Assembly (NCBI GenBank): GCA_973895155.1
Contig: OZ316893.1
Location: forward strand, 26,090,798 to 26,154,797
DNA: 64,000 nucleotides
Origin: Marsupella aquatica
Lineage: Eukaryota; Plantae; Marchantiophyta
Reading direction: 5' to 3'
This document shows positions 62,257-64,000 of the stretch, in pieces; the first letter of the stretch is position 1; each line of letters opens with the position of its first letter. The notes beneath the pieces were generated by a model. The model was not told the DNA's origin and did not search any database. It saw only the letters and a program-made list of their open reading frames with translations. Both the position numbers and the translations under genes were made by a program.

Positions 62257-63538
62257 ATGGCGGACGCGAAGGCCTGCACCGTGCGCACCCGCAAGTTCAT
62301 GACCAACCGCCTTCTCGCGCGAAAGCAATTCGTAAGTTGCCGTTCCACAATGCTCTCCTGGCGTTCAATAGTCCTTGCTTGCTTGCTTCGTTTCGTCTTT
62401 GTCTCATGAACCGCCTTCTCGCGTGTAGGCAATTTGTAAGTTGCCGTTCCACGATGCACTCCTGTCGTTTAATAATTCTATCCGCCCTTCGTTCGTACCG
62501 GTCGCAATTGTGCACGATCATGCTGCTTGGACTGTGAGGGTAATATGAACTGATTGATGTGAGTCTTCTTCGATGTTTGCGGGTTTTTTGGTGGGGTTCA
62601 GGTTATCGATGTGCTGCACCCCGGTCGGCCCAATGTATCCAAGGTAGGTGATCCTCACTCAAGTTGGAATGACGATTTGTTGTAGGTTTGATTTGATTGT
62701 GTAACCGGCTGCAAAGCGGGCTTGCAGCCCATCCAGAGGAGTGCAATAAATTAGGGTTTCATCTAGGGTAGCCGCTGTTCTCATACGAGTACGGATAGAA
62801 GTCAATTGAAGGGCTTGGAGTTCTCTCAAAGATTGATGTGGCTTTATTGTTGGGATGTTTTTCCTGTGAGTCGAGGGTTAAACGTGATGCCCGGTGAAGG
62901 AGGACCTGTATTTGCCGCGTTGTGGTGATGATCTGCTTAAATTACGTTTTTAACAGGCTGAGCTGAAGGAGAAGCTTGCGAAGGTTTATGATGTGCGCGA
63001 CCCTCAGTCAATCTTCGTGTTCGGATTCCGAACCCAGTTTGGAGGAGGTAAATCGACCGGCTTTGGTCTGATCTACGACAGTTTGGACTCTGCGAAGAAG
63101 TATGAGCCGAAGTACAGATTAATCAGGGTCAGTCTCTTCCCTTCGTGATTCGATGCCGTTCTATCGAAGTCTAAAGCTTGGGCCTTCCCTGCTATTGTGT
63201 GGTGTAGCAATGAATTTATTCCATGTTCACGTTTTTTGTTTCAGAACGGGCTTGCTACCAAGGTCGAGAAATCTAGAAAGCAGGTGAAGGAGAGGAAGAA
63301 CAGAGCCAAGAAGTTGAGGGGAACCAAGAAGGTATGTCCGACCCCACATGGCAAATCTTAGATTTGCTCGCGTAATTAGACGTCCTTTGTTTGACTTCAT
63401 GATTGGTACTTGCTCGACTTAACTCTCGTAGTGACAATAGACTGCAATGGAGTCCATTTTATCCCACTGAGTGAAACGGAACTCTTTGTTGTTTTGCAGA
63501 ACAAGGCAGCAGGAGAAGCCGCCAAGAAGAGGAAGTAG
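62257..63538 (+). CDS. RPS24: 40S ribosomal protein S24 (eS24), 137 aa
   Basis: Exons 62257-62331, 62602-62643, 62957-63127, 63245-63331, 63500-63538, all GT-AG. Protein [50 protein letters not shown]...[20 protein letters not shown]...[13 protein letters not shown]...[17 protein letters not shown]. Confidence 0.98.
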
Positions 63539-64000
63539 ATAACAAAGTTAGGAACATAGTCAGGAAAGCAGTGGCGAAATTTAGGTGACAATGGTGAAGT
63601 GATTAAAGCTTAGCCCCACGCCTACTTTTAGAGGAGAGAAATATATTTTCGGGGTTTTGTTTCTGCTACACTTGGGTAAAGTGAGGTGCACACCGAAAGC
63701 AGGTTACTTCATGTTCTGGTTATTGGTTGGATGAAGACTCGAAGGGACACAGACATGTGTGTTTGCCGTCCTTTTGAGATTCACGGCTATATATTGGGAG
63801 ACACATTCGGAGGTCGAGAGAATGGAATCCAAGGGCCGGATCGAATTTGTTAGACAGAGGAAGGGTTTGGTAGGGCAAATTCTGTTGAAAGGTCTTCGGA
63901 TGGGTGGATACATTCTGTGAGTCCTGCTTCTTTTGGACTCGAGTTTCGTAGTCTACCGATGATTTAATGGTGTTTTCTTAATTGTTGTTATTTTTTCTTT

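Overview
Intron-rich eukaryotic nuclear DNA from a land plant. A bryophyte, probably a liverwort, is inferred from the F-box family style and TE-like ORFs; this is not proven. Genes: the 5' part of NOP14 (minus, runs off the left edge, one GC-AG intron); a divergent 8-exon ANKZF1/Vms1 gene; a 2-exon LRR receptor-like kinase of the At4g36180/At1g75640 (MUSTACHES-like) type with non-canonical kinase motifs; an intronless spastin-like AAA ATPase whose N-terminal MIT region is decayed but whose AAA cassette is intact; two tandem F-box genes (one frameshifted); and a 5-exon RPS24. The ~25-49 kb interval is gene-poor, with MITE-like elements, decayed TE-type ORFs and many short tandem duplications. 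The most unusual signals are: (1) a 5 x 112-bp array upstream of the intact F-box gene in which every unit carries a 4-codon uORF (M-A-D-S-stop), against one unit in the paralog; (2) a cluster of tRNA-like B-box/T-arm repeats just upstream of NOP14; (3) the MIT-less spastin copy; (4) a duplicated 5' splice site in RPS24 intron 1 that would produce a premature-stop isoform. All exon boundaries and alignments were read by eye; no database searches were run.
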